Notes: generated by a model not told the origin, from the letters alone. Numbered from the stretch's first letter, positions 11,745 to 23,905 are shown. The stretch: DNA of 64,000 bases from Selaginella moellendorffii (GCF_000143415.4 NW_003314336.1:175296-239295), one strand, 5' to 3'. Translations and numbers: made by a program.

Positions 11745-14700
11745 TCAAGCTCCTGGTCCATCTTCCACAGCCGTATACATCAAGGAGGCATTGGGCCCGT
11801 CACTCCGAGATAGTACACCTTTCAACTGGCTGACATAAAATACCGGATGAATTTTCACCCCAGCTGGCAGCAGCACCCGATAAGCTGCTTTACCAATGCG
11901 CTCCAGCACTTCATATGGACCAGCATATCGATGGGAGAGTTTATCACTCTTCCCTGTCCGTAAAGGCACCAAGGTGTTCCGCCGCTCACTTGACGGAAAG
12001 ATCACTCGCACAAAGACGAGATCACCCACCTTATATTCCCAGAATTAGTGATGCTCATTGGCAAACTTCTCTGCTCTATCCTGAGCTGCTTGCAAATTCC
12101 GTTTGCACACCACCAGAATCTCATCAAGTTCTGTGGCCAGATTAGTTGCCTCGGAATCAAGCTTATCTTGAACGTCCTTAATCAAATGCAATCCCAACTC
12201 CACCGATGTTCGAGGATGCCTTCCAAACATGGCAAAGTAAGGACTTAGCTTAGTTCCACTGTGTTGGCTATTGTTGTAAGCAAATTGCACCAACGGAAGA
12301 TATAGATCCCACTGTCCTTGCCTTTGACCAATGCTACAACGTAGCATATCCTCCACCACCTGATTCACACGCTCGGTTTGCCCATCCATCTGAGGATGAT
12401 CTCCACTTGAGAGTTTCAAAGTCACTTGCATAGCCTTTGCAAAGCTTTTCCAAAATCCACTAGTGAACTTTGAATCTCGATCACTAATGATGTCCTCTGG
12501 CAAACCAAAATCAGGAAAAACCTTCTCCAAGTAAACCGCAGCCAAGTCTGAGGCAGTGACAGTCTTCCGAAGAGCCAACAACCGCACATACTTCGTCAAC
12601 CAATCCACTATGACCCATACTTGCTCCTTGTGTCTTTGTGCTCATGGCAAACAAGTGATGAAGTCCATAGAGATACTACACCAACGGCTCTGAGGAATAG
12701 GTAAAGGTTGCAAAAGTCCCCCCGGCTTCTCCCGTGGCATCTTAACCCGCTGACAAAGCTCGCATGATTTACAATACTTGAGGATATCAGCCTTCATATT
12801 CCTCCAATAAAAGTTGCGCTTAATCAACTCATTCGTCTTCTTCCCCCCAAAATGACCGGCCTCTAGACGATCATGATAGTGGAATAAAACTTGAGTAATT
12901 AACACATCCACCCGTGGCAAATATACACGGCCATTGTAGTAGAGAATCCCATCCACCAATGAGAAAGGAGCTTCCATCTGGTCTCGCAAAGAGGCCACCT
13001 CAGCATCCTGAGCCTGAGCATGCTCAACCAATTGCCCAAACTCGCTAACCACCTTACTCAAATGATGACAAAATCGTGTTCGTAACGTCGTCACATGACG
13101 AACACGAGATAAAGCATCCGCCACCACATTTGATTTTCCTGGACGATGGTCAATAGGAAACTCCCCAAACTCCATGAGTTTGACCATCCAACGAGCTTGC
13201 CTAGTGTTCAACTCCTTTTGTGTGAAAAGATACACAAGTGGTTTGTGATCTGTCAACACCATGAACACTGCACCATAAAGATAGTGTCGCCACGTCCGCA
13301 AAGCATGAACAATAGAGAGTAACTCTTGCTCATATGTGGAATAGCGTTGCTCAACAGAATTCAAAGTTCAACTCTCATATGCAATAGGCTGTCCCTCTTG
13401 CATGAGAACTCCTCCCAGTGCATAACCACTCGCATCACATGTGACCTCGTAAGGTTTCGATGGATCAGCAATGCGAAGCACTAGAGCCTCGCTCAACAAT
13501 CGTTTCAGTGCCACAAAACTCTCCTCTTGTGGCATCTTCCACTCGAATGGCACATTCTTACGTAACAACCGCGTCAAAGGAATAGCCACCTCTGCAAACT
13601 TATGCTGGAAACGTCGGTAGTAACTAGCCATACCAAGAAAATTGCGCAACTCAGCCATTGTAGTCGGTGTAGGCCAGTTTTCCACCACAGCCACCTTCCT
13701 TGGATCCGTCTTGACACCCTTAGATGTCACAATATGGCCTAGATATTCCATCTCCGACTTTGCAAATTCACATTTGCTCTTCTTCGCATAAAGTTTGCTG
13801 TCTCGAAGTAACAAAAGAACCTTGCACAAATGCACCCTATACTCCTCCATATTCTTGCTAAAAACAAGAATATCATCTAAGAAAATCTCAACAAACTCAT
13901 GAAGATAACGCCCAAATACCTCCGTCATCAACCGAGTAAATGTGGCCGGTGCATTCGTCAAACCAAACGGCATAACAGTAAACTCAAAATGTTCGAAGCT
14001 TGTGTTGAATGCCGTCTTGGAGATAGATGCATCATCCATTGCAATCTGATGATATCCACTCCTCAGATCAATCTTGGTAAACACTCGTGCTTCACCAAGC
14101 TTGTCCAGGATATCATCCACACGTGGCATCGGCATCTTGTCCTTCACTGTCTTTTTGTTTAAAGCATGGTAGTCAATACACATCCGCATTGAACCGTCCT
14201 TCTTCTTCACAAGCAAGACCGGAGCACCAAATGGAGATTTACTTGGCTGAATAAATCCAAACTCAAGTAACTCCTTGATTTGTCGTTGAACTTCTTGCTC
14301 CTCCGCATAACTTAACCGAAATGGACGCCGGTAAATTGGCCGCGTCCCCGGCTCCAATGTAATCCCATGCTCCACACCTCATAACAGAGGTAATCCATGA
14401 GGAATTTCAGATGGAAAAACATCAAAAAACTTGTCAAGTACATCCCATACTGCTGCTTCTCCCCCACACGTGCCTTGGTCGCCCAAGTCACGAACAAACA
14501 GCAAGTAACTTGAAAGTGCTTTTCCATTACGACAAGCCCGCTTCAAAGATGTAGCAGAGAGCATAACAACTGGTGGTTGAACACCCTTGCCAAACCACAC
14601 ATCTTTAACGCCACCATACTCCAGCGAGATACGCTTAATGCTTCACTTTATCTCTGGATCCACCTTCACCAACCATGGCATCCTAAGAATGAGATCCACA

Positions 14701-15668
14701 CGATGAATATCCGCGAGATAAAAAGTCTCCACAAGTGTGGTTTTGCCAACCAACACTTCCAGCCCCTCAACACAAGCATCGAAATGTTGAGTAGAGGTGG
14801 CTGCACCTTCCACTATGTATGGAAGAACTCCACGTGTGACCAGGCCATGCTCCGCAACAAACTTTGCCGAAACAAAGTTGTCATCGCTCCCACTATCCAG
14901 TAAAATCCGCACTGGATCGCCACGGAACACGCCCTCCAGCATTAAAGCTGATTCATGCGTATTTAGCTCCTCCAAACTCTTTGTAGGCTGAGAATGACGC
15001 AAGTGTTGCCGCATGCTCTCACTATGTAGACCATCAATGAAGTAGGACTTGTTCTGATCTGGATCCTTCGTTGGAACACGACTAATCAAGCGAGTAAGCT
15101 TCTCAATATAGTCCCCGAGCGTCATTTTCCCTTGCTGGAAATGTTGAAGTTCTGTACGAGCATTCTCCATGTCGTAATAAGGGGCAAAACGTAAACGGAA
15201 AGCAGCCTCAAACTCATCCATGGTAGACACTGGTGGTTTCTTATCCGCAACACGGGACTCCTCAAGCCAATTCCACCATCGAAGACCCGCATCACGCAAA
15301 ACCATTGGAATAGCCACTAAAGCCTCTGCATCTGGAGTTCCTCTAGCAGCCAAGAACTTCTTCACATTGGTTAGCCAAGCGAGACACTCGTCCACACCAC
15401 CATCACCGGAAAAAGTTGGAATTTTGAGTCGATCTACCAAAGAAGGCTTACTTGGAGCACTACCCTGTCCAGCCTCGAGTGCCTCAACACGCCTACGCAT
15501 GGTATCCATCATGCCATGCATCTCGTCTTGCATCTCTTGCTGATTTCGGTTAAGGGCTCGCAACTCATGAACCACATCTTGAATGGTCCAAATCTCCACA
15601 GCTTCGTCAGCACCATTGTCGGCACCACCATCGACAATAGGATTCCAGCGTTCAGCTTGGTCGGCCAT
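11745..15668 (-). pseudogene. gag-pol of the gypsy element, interrupted by in-frame stops
   Basis: Gag (QGKMTLGDYI), PR (LLDSGS), RT (DLRSGYHQI, VMPFGLTNAPATF, FLDDIL), RNase H (TCDASGYALGGVL), IN (HHCC; SMDF, SDRD, QTERVN; GPY). Stops at 14643, 14379, 13368, 12642 and 12045 fit C>T/G>A decay. No chromodomain seen. Confidence 0.93.
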
Positions 15669-15680
15669 CGCAACCAACTC

Positions 15681-15691
15681 CTCTGATACCA
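15681..15691 (-). promoter_or_regulatory. Primer-binding site (tRNA-iMet), 11 nt
   Basis: TGGTATCAGAG 1 nt after the 5' LTR; complementarity to the tRNA stops after 11 nt. Confidence 0.95.
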
Positions 15692-15692
15692 A

Positions 15693-15925
15693 TGTTATGA
15701 TCCGGCACAAAAAGACAAAGATCTAGTTGCCCTAGACTATGCTATGCCACCTCTTGAGGTTCCTCACCACCCAACCACCCCCGAGCTACCTCAAAAGCTC
15801 CACTGCGCCGCCGCTCCACTGTGAGCCCTAGGGTAGGTTAAGTCCCCTACCCTAACATGCCTTAATATACCCTTGAGCCTCCCTTTGACCGATGTTGACC
15901 ACATAGTCAAAGCTGGCGCCTAACA
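15693..15925 (-). repeat. 5' LTR of the gypsy element
   Basis: TG...CA termini, 233 bp, followed by PBS and gag. Confidence 0.95.
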
Positions 15926-15974
15926 CTACATCACACAAAACTAATGGAATAGCCATCAAAGCCTCTACATCTAT

Positions 15975-17110
15975 CAAAAGCAGGATTTGAGGAAGTCTTT
16001 AGTTTGAACCTACTCTTTCTAGACTTTAAATCTTTTAATTCAAAAGATTGCAGTTTCGCTCAACTGGCTACTCCTCGAGTATGGAATTTGGCTTTGAAAT
16101 AATTGAGCTGTGGATCTAGCTTATATGAGTAACATCAGTTCTATAATAGTAAATCCAACTTGACTCGCGGCCCTTTACACCTGGATCTCAACAGCCCTAG
16201 AAATATGGCACTTTTGAAGAACTCAAACCTAAGCATATAACTGCGAGACACTAACCTCAATTCCCAATCATTCAAGAGCAACACACATTACTCTTAGCAC
16301 TGACTCTTTAGATTATTTAGTTGATATGAGAAATTGGTTCATGAGCAATAACCTTCTCAACCTTTGGCACTAGATTTACTTATATAAATACTAGCACTTC
16401 CTCCACTCTATATTCCTTAGTTCTTCTCTAGTGTTTTGGAATAGAATGGTAGTCAAACACTAAACGGTGCGATCTCAAAGGAGTGATATTGGGCCCATCA
16501 ATTATCTGCTGATGCTTCATATGGGCTGTCCTCATATCTTTAAATGGTTCATAACTTGATTTCATAGGAGTTCTAGCAACTTCCTTCACCATCTTAGATA
16601 TTGACTTTGCTATTAGTGTTGTCCTTCTACCAACCCACTCTTGAAACTTGTTTAAGTTCAAACTTGTACCAACAAACCTTGCTTCCTATGAAGCCAAAGA
16701 TTTTGATGACTGCTTAAGAGATCTAGTGAAGTTAGAGAGTATAGCTTCATAGAGGGACACTTTTCCTTTTCCTGCTTTAGAAGCTCTCCCACTCTAATGT
16801 TTGCTCTCAGATAGATTAATTGTTAGTGTAAGTGCAATGTCATCAAATGATTGATCCTAGGAAAAATGCAATATTTAAAAAAGATAAGAAAGAAAATGAA
16901 AGAAATCTTACATGGAGAATATAATTGCCCCATTGAAATATTTTAACTTCCCACCATGCAAGTTAGCATTTCATTTCTGAAAGGCATTCAATTGGAACTT
17001 TGTCTCCTTCACACCACCATATGCACATCTCATTTGCCTTTGTCTTGTGCTCCTTTTTAGTTGGTGCTTCCATCCATTCTCAATAAAGTTACTTGGACTC
17101 ATAATGGAAG
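15975..17110 (-). mobile_element. MULE-like transposase remnant (C-terminal half of DDE region), paralog of 45690-46080
   Basis: 16700-17090 is the reverse-complement homolog of 45690-46080, with the same short intron and a TINLSESKH motif (candidate catalytic E). Confidence 0.7.
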
Positions 17111-17115
17111 TTAGA

Positions 17116-18686
17116 TGGGAGATACAAATCCCTAAGCCCTAAAGTGGAGCCAAAAATATGCCACATGGTAGTGGTTGAAGTAGAAGTCCAACAAGTGTAA
17201 CATGTTTGGATTAAAGGCTCTGATTTGGAAAGTCGAGAGTGGGAGTGGAACTCTGAACAAAGTGCTTGAGGAATGAGTATGAAGCAATCACTTAATGAGT
17301 CTCTAAAAAGAGACACAAGAAGGATTGGCACATAGTGAATGTTGTGACATATTGTAATGGTCAAAAATGAGTCTAAGTGTAAATTCCTAAGTTTGGACTT
17401 CCTGAGAGGTCACTCAACCTAGTATTATTCAAACCTAAAGACAGGTAACCCCAACTATCCCAAGACCCTTAACCGATTGGAAAAGAGGGTGCACTCTTGT
17501 TCATGGGCCCTTTCCCTCTATATTTGAACCTAATGGATCATCTCTCAAGTCATTTTATTTAGTTGCTTATAATCCACCACGCTTCCTTGCAAGTTCACAC
17601 CCTCGTGAACAAAAGCTAAAAGCCGTAACTCTGCCAAGAGCCTCACTCTCTTGACACCCTACCCCTTGGGTTGAGCCCAACCGAAACAAACTAACTTGCC
17701 AGATGTTAATCAACATGTGGTGCGATTCCCTTAGCCAACCAACAGAGTTAGACTTGAGATCCCTCTAATACCAAATGTAAGCTCCTGAATTTAGACTTTT
17801 CGAGAAGTCACCTAACCCAGTACTATTCAAACCCAAAGACACTTAACCCCAACTATTCCAAAACCCTTAACCGATTGGAAAAGAGGGTGCACTCTTGTTC
17901 ATGGGCCCTTTCCCTCTATATTTGAACCCCATGGATTGTCTCTCAAGTTGCTTTCTTTGGTTGCTTACATTGATATGGGACCCAAGAAGCAATCCAAGGT
18001 GGAGTCTGAGAAAGGGTCTAAGAAGGAATTTGAGATGGAGTCCGAGATGGACCTGAGATAGACCCGAGATGGAGTCTGAGATGGACCTGAGAGGAGTCCG
18101 AGGTTGAGTTCAAGATCAAGACTGAGATCAAGATTCAGACCCAGACCCAGATTGAGACCGAGATAGAGTCCGAATTTGAATTCGAGTGTATGAAAGCCTA
18201 AAGTGATTGTCTCCTAAACCCTAGGGGGTTTGGTGAGCTCCAAAAGTATAAGGGGCAGGACTCTAGTAGAGCTAGTTTGGTCATGAAAGGCCAATGTGAC
18301 TAGGGAATGTTGTATGGAGGAATATGAGATGGAGTTCGAGATAGAGTCCAAGATGGAGTCTGATATGGATCCAAGATGGACTCGAGATGGACCTGAGATG
18401 GAGTCTGAGATGGACCTCACATGGAGTGAATGGGCATGGCTTTAGTGTAACAGATTGATATGTTAGTGGTACCTTTAGGTGTTGGTCATAGGATCGAACA
18501 TGTAGGGCACTTGAATCAAGTGCAAAAGTTGAGTAGCATAGATGCCATTCATGGGGCTAGCATGTCCCCAAGTTAGCAATAAGACTTATGGAGTTCGTGA
18601 GTGAGACTCTTCTAAGTGGTCAAAGGTGTGGTTAAGTGGCTAAAGTAGAATGGAAAAATTAATCGCTTACAACTTGGTATCAGAGC
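17116..18686 (+). mobile_element. Family M 5' LTR (internally deleted, interrupted by a Cassandra TRIM) with tRNA-iMet PBS
   Basis: Starts TGGGAGATACAAATCCC and ends AATCGCTTACA at 18671. PBS TGGTATCAGAGC at 18675-18686 defines the family's sense orientation. GAGATGGAGTCC arrays. Confidence 0.8.
17378..17969 (-). mobile_element. Cassandra-type TRIM (5S rRNA-derived LTRs)
   Basis: Direct 194-bp LTRs 17378-17571 and 17776-17969; 204-bp non-coding interior; PBS-like TGGTATTAGAG 17773-17763. 17847-17794 matches the plant 5S internal control region at 39/54 nt ungapped (against recalled 5S sequence). TSD not clear. Confidence 0.85.
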
Positions 18687-18829
18687 TGTTCTTTAGTTTA
18701 ATTCTTACTTGTGGTCAAGTATATCACCACTTGTATTGGCATCGGGAGGCCCCAAGTCTATTCACCACATTGCTAACATGTTCACATATGAACTAAGGTG
18801 GAGAGTCATGCCCTTTCAATAGTCTAACT

Positions 18830-18990
18830 GACACTCAAACACAAGAAAATGCTCCAATGCTCTCCACAAATGCCCCCTTTGCCCTTATGGGGCAAGGGTT
18901 TTAAACAAGGAGGATGGGGAATATTCTAAGAATCAGAATATTCTCCCTCTCTCTCACACTCTCTAAGATGCTAAGTGTAGCTCCTAATGT
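18830..18990 (-). mobile_element. LTR fragment homologous to the start of the LTR at 46087
   Basis: Reverse complement of ~46087-46240 (GAATATTC...GAATATTCCCCATC motif). Confidence 0.7.
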
Positions 18991-19026
18991 GCAACCATAA
19001 TGGATTGTGCTGGCTCTAAATGTGTG

Positions 19027-19134
19027 AGTAGTTACCAGCACTTCATATCAGCAATAGATATATACTCTACACTCTTTGAAGTCAAAGAGTGTAGAGTATA
19101 CCTCTATTGCCGATATGAAGTGCTGGTAACTACT
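19027..19134. repeat. Near-perfect 108-bp palindrome
   Basis: 53-bp arms, 2-nt loop (AG), 3 mismatches. Confidence 0.95.
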
Positions 19135-19865
19135 TGAACTGGTAAAAACTCTAGAAAAGAAAGTGGAAAAAGAAAAAGAAGAGGTAGGTGTGAATTTTAA
19201 AGGGGAAACCTAGTAGTCAAATTGGACCCTGATGTGAAAGAAAATGTGAAGAAAAGTGTGGAAAGAGAATAAAAATAGAAGAAAAAACGTGAGTACCTAA
19301 AGAATTTAGCCTTTATCTAGATTTCAGCTGAGGAAAGTGTAATATACAAATGTAGCCTCATAATGACTTGGGGTATGCTCCAAGGATTGGCTGAAATTCA
19401 GAAAGAGAGGTAAAAGAGGGGATACATTGCCTAAGAGTGGTAAATAAATGATGAAAAATGGGGTGATATGGTGGAGTGCTGAGATGGTAGTGGCATATTG
19501 AGGAGGTGGCCATCTCTAAAAGTGCCAAGCTTATAGTCTAATATGTTTGACTAAAGAAAATTGCAAAGGACGATCCTATTAGTAAATAAAGGTGGCCTGT
19601 GTCCACAAAGTGCTGGAGCAAAAGTAAGTGGCTTCAACTTCTATGGCCTTACCCAAGGATCCATCTAGGTGCCTTGAGTGGACAAGTTCACCTAGCTAGA
19701 AGAAAGTCACTCTAGAAAAGCTAGCACATTGTTAGTAAATAGTCACAATAATATCTCAAAATAGTATGTCCAAATAAGATGCTGTTTTTTGCTGCTAGTG
19801 CATATATGTGTCTGTGATATGATGTAATGATGACCTTAAATGGAAGTGTGGATGATGGTGAAAAA

Positions 19866-20960
19866 AATAAACCACAAATTTTTTCCCTTCCCAATTTATC
19901 AACTTACCTTGTCTATTCAACCACTATTTATTTTGGCCTTAGTTAAGTTCCCTTGCCAAAGTTCCCACCTATTGCACCAACTACTACTTGGTTCTGCTTG
20001 GTTTCAGCTACTCACTACACGAGAACTAAAGACTTAGTTCCTAAATTCTCTACTAATCCTCTTCCTCAAGCTAGACTGGACTTAAAGTTTAGTTACACTC
20101 CCCATAGGCATAAGCAACCAAGCATATCAAGGTTCCTAAAATCCTTTGGTACAACAAGACTTGATCATGGGACCCTCTAAATCCCATGCTTTGGGTGCAT
20201 CTCTTACTTCAGAACTCTAGGGGGAAACACCGTGGTCTAATGGCCTAGTATAGGTACCTCTACTCCTATACTTCCATCCCAAAGGAAAAGCCCAAGCCTC
20301 TAGGAAGGAGCAAGGACTAATGAGCCACATGGTACTCAAGTGGGACACCACTCCACATGAATCAAGAGCACCACTACCGGTTTCTCTTTCGGGAGTGGGA
20401 CCTGCTCTTGAGCACTTCCTTGGGTGGCCTCTTTAACACCACCTGAGTCTATACTCACTCCCATCCAAGGCCCCTAACCTCAAGTTGGTTTAGAAGCACC
20501 ACTTGAGAGTTTCTTCAAAATTGGTTCCTGGACCTCAGTATCCCTACTATACTTTTGGTACCCCTTGCAGGCCCCCCTTCTCCTAGAAGATGATTGCTTT
20601 GGGCTTTCACCCCACAATCTGTGTTAGTATTTGGACTCAGTCTCAAACTCAAATTCAAACTCATCTAGGACTTGATCTCAAACTCAACCTCAAACTTGGT
20701 CTTGGACTTGATCTCAAACTCGGTTTCAAACTTGATCTTGGATCTCGGACTTAGTCTCGGACTCAGTCTTGAACTCAGTCTTGAACTCAGTCTCGGAGTC
20801 AGTCTTGTACTTGATCTCGGAGTCAGTCTTGTACTTGATCTCGGACTCAATCTCGAACTCTATCTCAAAGTCGGTCTCGGACTTGATCATGAACTCAGTC
20901 TTATCTGATAAACTCTTTATCATTTTAGTTATGGTTTCAGGGATCCCTTAGCCTATAACA
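19866..20960 (-). mobile_element. LTR-like element of a sister family, with a 12-bp-period array at ~20625-20900
   Basis: Start is homologous to 39586-39668 plus 41366-41565. Carries the CTACTATACTTTTGG...TTTGGGCTTTCACCC module and ends ATAACA. Confidence 0.6.
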
Positions 20961-21899
20961 CGTTGGGGAGTTGATTGCTTACAAAAGAATGAAAGATGCA
21001 AAACAAACATCTAAAAGTGTAGGAAATGCTACTAGAAGTAGCTAGTGATGGATTTGTGAGTGTAGATGATGTGGAATATGTGTGGGGAATATATGACATA
21101 GAGTAATGGTGAGGGAAGGCCAAAGAACTAGGAACATAGCTTGAGCCAAATGAGGAACCTGTATACAAATGGCAATGCAGCTTGAGCATGAAATCCAAGA
21201 CAAGAGCCATGATCTAGTGGAGAAACACCCTCTAGAAGTAAGAAAAGAAATTGTGAAAGTAAAGTGAAAGAAAGGAATAAAGGAAAAAGAAGAGAAGAGT
21301 AACACTTGACCAGATGAAGTGTTTGAGGTTAGAGTGGTTGTGAGTGTGTGCTCTCACATCTCTCAGTGTTTGCTAGCATGTATGCTCCACCTCCAACATA
21401 TCACTGGACAAAGTAAGGGCCAGTTTAGCGAGGAGAGAACTTTGAAGTTGGCATGAACTTCTTGAGTAGGACAAGATCACCATTCTTGAACGGTTCAATT
21501 GACTAAAGTGGTCAATGACCAGCTTGATCTTCTGCTTGCCTGGAAGAAGATGTTGAGTTGTGGCTATTTGTTGTTCTTCCAAGGCAAGAACCTCCAAATG
21601 ATGCACATAAAACTTATCCTTGTCACTAAGTTGTATATTTGTTATGTATCAAAGTGAAAGTGAAAAGGATGGCATTTGGATCTCCACTAGAAGCATGGTC
21701 TCTATCCCATAGACGAGAGAGAATGGAGTTGCAAAAATGGACATCTTGAAGGACATGGAAAAGACCCACAATGCTGTAACCAAGTGCTCATGCCAACACC
21801 TCCACAAGCTTTGAGATGATGGTCTTCATTATTTTCTTGGACTCCACCTAGCCATTGCACTTAGGATAGTACCTGCTACTCTTCACATGCTTGATCTGC

Positions 21900-23010
21900 A
21901 GCTGTTGGAGAAGATGTTGCATCACCTGTCCAAATTAGAACAGTAGAAACTCCAATTTTGCAAATTGTGTACTCAAAGACAAACTTTGTTGTAAACTGTT
22001 GATATTCCTTTCTCAGAGGGATGGCCTTGACCCTTTTTGTGAAGTAGTCTGTTGGTACAATTATATATTGCTGTCCTTTCAAGTTCAGTGGACTAATTGG
22101 GCCGATGAAGTCAAGTCCCTACTAGAAAAAGGGACCATAAGAAGTATGAGCTGGAAAGGAAAATGTGGAATTATCAAATAGGTCCTCAATTCTTGGTAAA
22201 GAGTACTTTATCTTCTATGTATACTTGTTGAGTAACTATTAGTTTATGTATGTCCATAGATCCATTTTTCTTCTTTATGAACACATTGGAGACCATATGA
22301 TGAGTTGCTTAACCAAATATACCCTTTATGAACCAACTCCTCAAGTTGGTGTTGAGTTCCTTGAGCTCCTTTTCGCTCAGTGACAAGGGAGGTAAACCAC
22401 TATATTAGCCCCCTTGCCCAATTCAATTTTATGTTCTATCAGTTGGGTAAGGTTTAATCTTACCAACAATTTCTTTAGAATGGTGTCTTAAAATTAGTCT
22501 TAACACTTGTTGAATCCCGAAAAGAACCTTTTCTGATATCATCTTTTTATCACTTCCCACTAAGAGTAAGCACAAAAATGGTCTTAATTCCTTTTTTAAG
22601 TTTTTTTTTCTTGGTTCAAATAAAAGTCCTTGGATCTACTCTACCCTCTTTATAGATCTTGGGCCTCCACCCTAGATTGTTCCTCAAGGGCATTCACTAA
22701 TACCACCAAGTTTTATCTTGTTCATGCAAAGTTACCATAAACCAATTGAACCAATCCATCTCATAAATCACATCAAATCCTGCTATATCTAAAATGGTGA
22801 AATCCATGCCTACTTTGCACTTCCCTACTTCAACTCTTGCTTGTTGAAGTACCATATTGTTATTTTAGATTCCTTGAATAAACTCTATCGTCCTTTGTTC
22901 TTCTAACTGTTGCACCATTAGTCCAGCTTACTAAACTATGTTTACAACTATAAAATTGTCCATTGCACTTGTGTTAATAAAATCATAAGAAAACTATCTA
23001 TAAGCATTCC
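21900..23010 (-). mobile_element. Highly degenerate gypsy (Tat/Athila-like) protease and integrase remnants
   Basis: GLDFIGPI...YIIVPTDYFTKRVKAIPL integrase motif at ~22010-22120; protease-like LINTSAMDNF near 22950-22985. Confidence 0.6.
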
Positions 23011-23710
23011 TCAAAAGGATAGTACATGTTGTGAGTAACTCTCTACCAAAGTTACTATTATAATGAGTAACTTTAAGTTACAGACCATATCATATATCTA
23101 GAGTGGATCTTTGCAAGGGAATTTAACTATGGCTAAGGCAAAGGTTATTAAATAGGAAAAGTAAGTTATCAAATGGCAAGAGGAAAATTTATAGCTTACA
23201 ATTTGGTATTAAAGCATTTTTTTAGTTCTAGCAAAGGATAGAGATAGAGATAGCTGAAATTACCTGTAAAGGTGGAGCCTCTAATCAAGTAAGAAGTAGT
23301 GAATGAGGAATTTATGCATGAGGAGGATTCTAGTGAGGAGATTAAAACATGAAACTAGGGATGAGGTTCTGCCATTTGAGAGTAATAGTTACAAAACTTG
23401 GAAAAGGTCCCTATAAATAACTAAACTTTCTACTGCTTTAGTCAATTAATAACACCTTTGACCACTCTAAGGAGTCTCAGTGACAACCTCCATATGTCCT
23501 CATCCCAACTTAGGGTACTTACTAACCCTTAAAGGTGATTTCAAAGCTATATGGACTTTGAACTTGGTCCAAGTGCTCCATGTGTTCAATCCCAATTCAT
23601 ACAGCCAAAAGTACCTTTGAGGTACCAGCCTCTTACACTAAGGCTATGGCAATTCTCACTATCTTATTGGTTGTTATGATCTGGTGCTAAAAAACAAAAA
23701 AGTTTACCAT

Positions 23711-23905
23711 NNNNNNNNNNNNNNNNNNNNNNNNNNNNNNNNNNNNNNNNNNNNNNNNNNNNNNNNNNNNNNNNNNNNNNNNNNNNNNNNNNNNNNNNNN
23801 NNNNNNNNNNNNNNNNNNNNNNNNNNNNNNNNNNNNNNNNNNNNNNNNNNNNNNNNNNNNNNNNNNNNNNNNNNNNNNNNNNNNNNNNNNNNNNNNNNNN
23901 NNNNN
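23711..23905. other. Assembly gap (195 N)
   Basis: Run of N. Confidence 1.

Larger units (their letters stand above)
11397..15925 (-). mobile_element. Ty3/gypsy LTR retrotransposon with inverted 233-bp LTRs
   Basis: 5' LTR 15925-15693, PBS 15691-15681, gag-PR-RT-RH-IN, PPT 11683-11671, second LTR 11397-11629 on the + strand. Perfect 5-bp TSD CTACA at 11392-11396 and 15926-15930. Confidence 0.95.

Noticed and set aside
12045-14645. Programmed stop read-through in pol
   Set aside because: The stops sit at positions explained by CGA/TGG/CAA transitions, typical of methylation decay.
11397-15925. DIRS-like or TIR DNA transposon because of the inverted terminal repeats
   Set aside because: It encodes protease and DDE integrase, has PBS, PPT and a 5-bp TSD, and shows no tyrosine recombinase or transposase; sibling copies have direct LTRs.
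17394-17850. 5S rRNA genes
   Set aside because: Only a ~54-nt internal-control-region-like segment at ~70% identity, inside TRIM LTRs.
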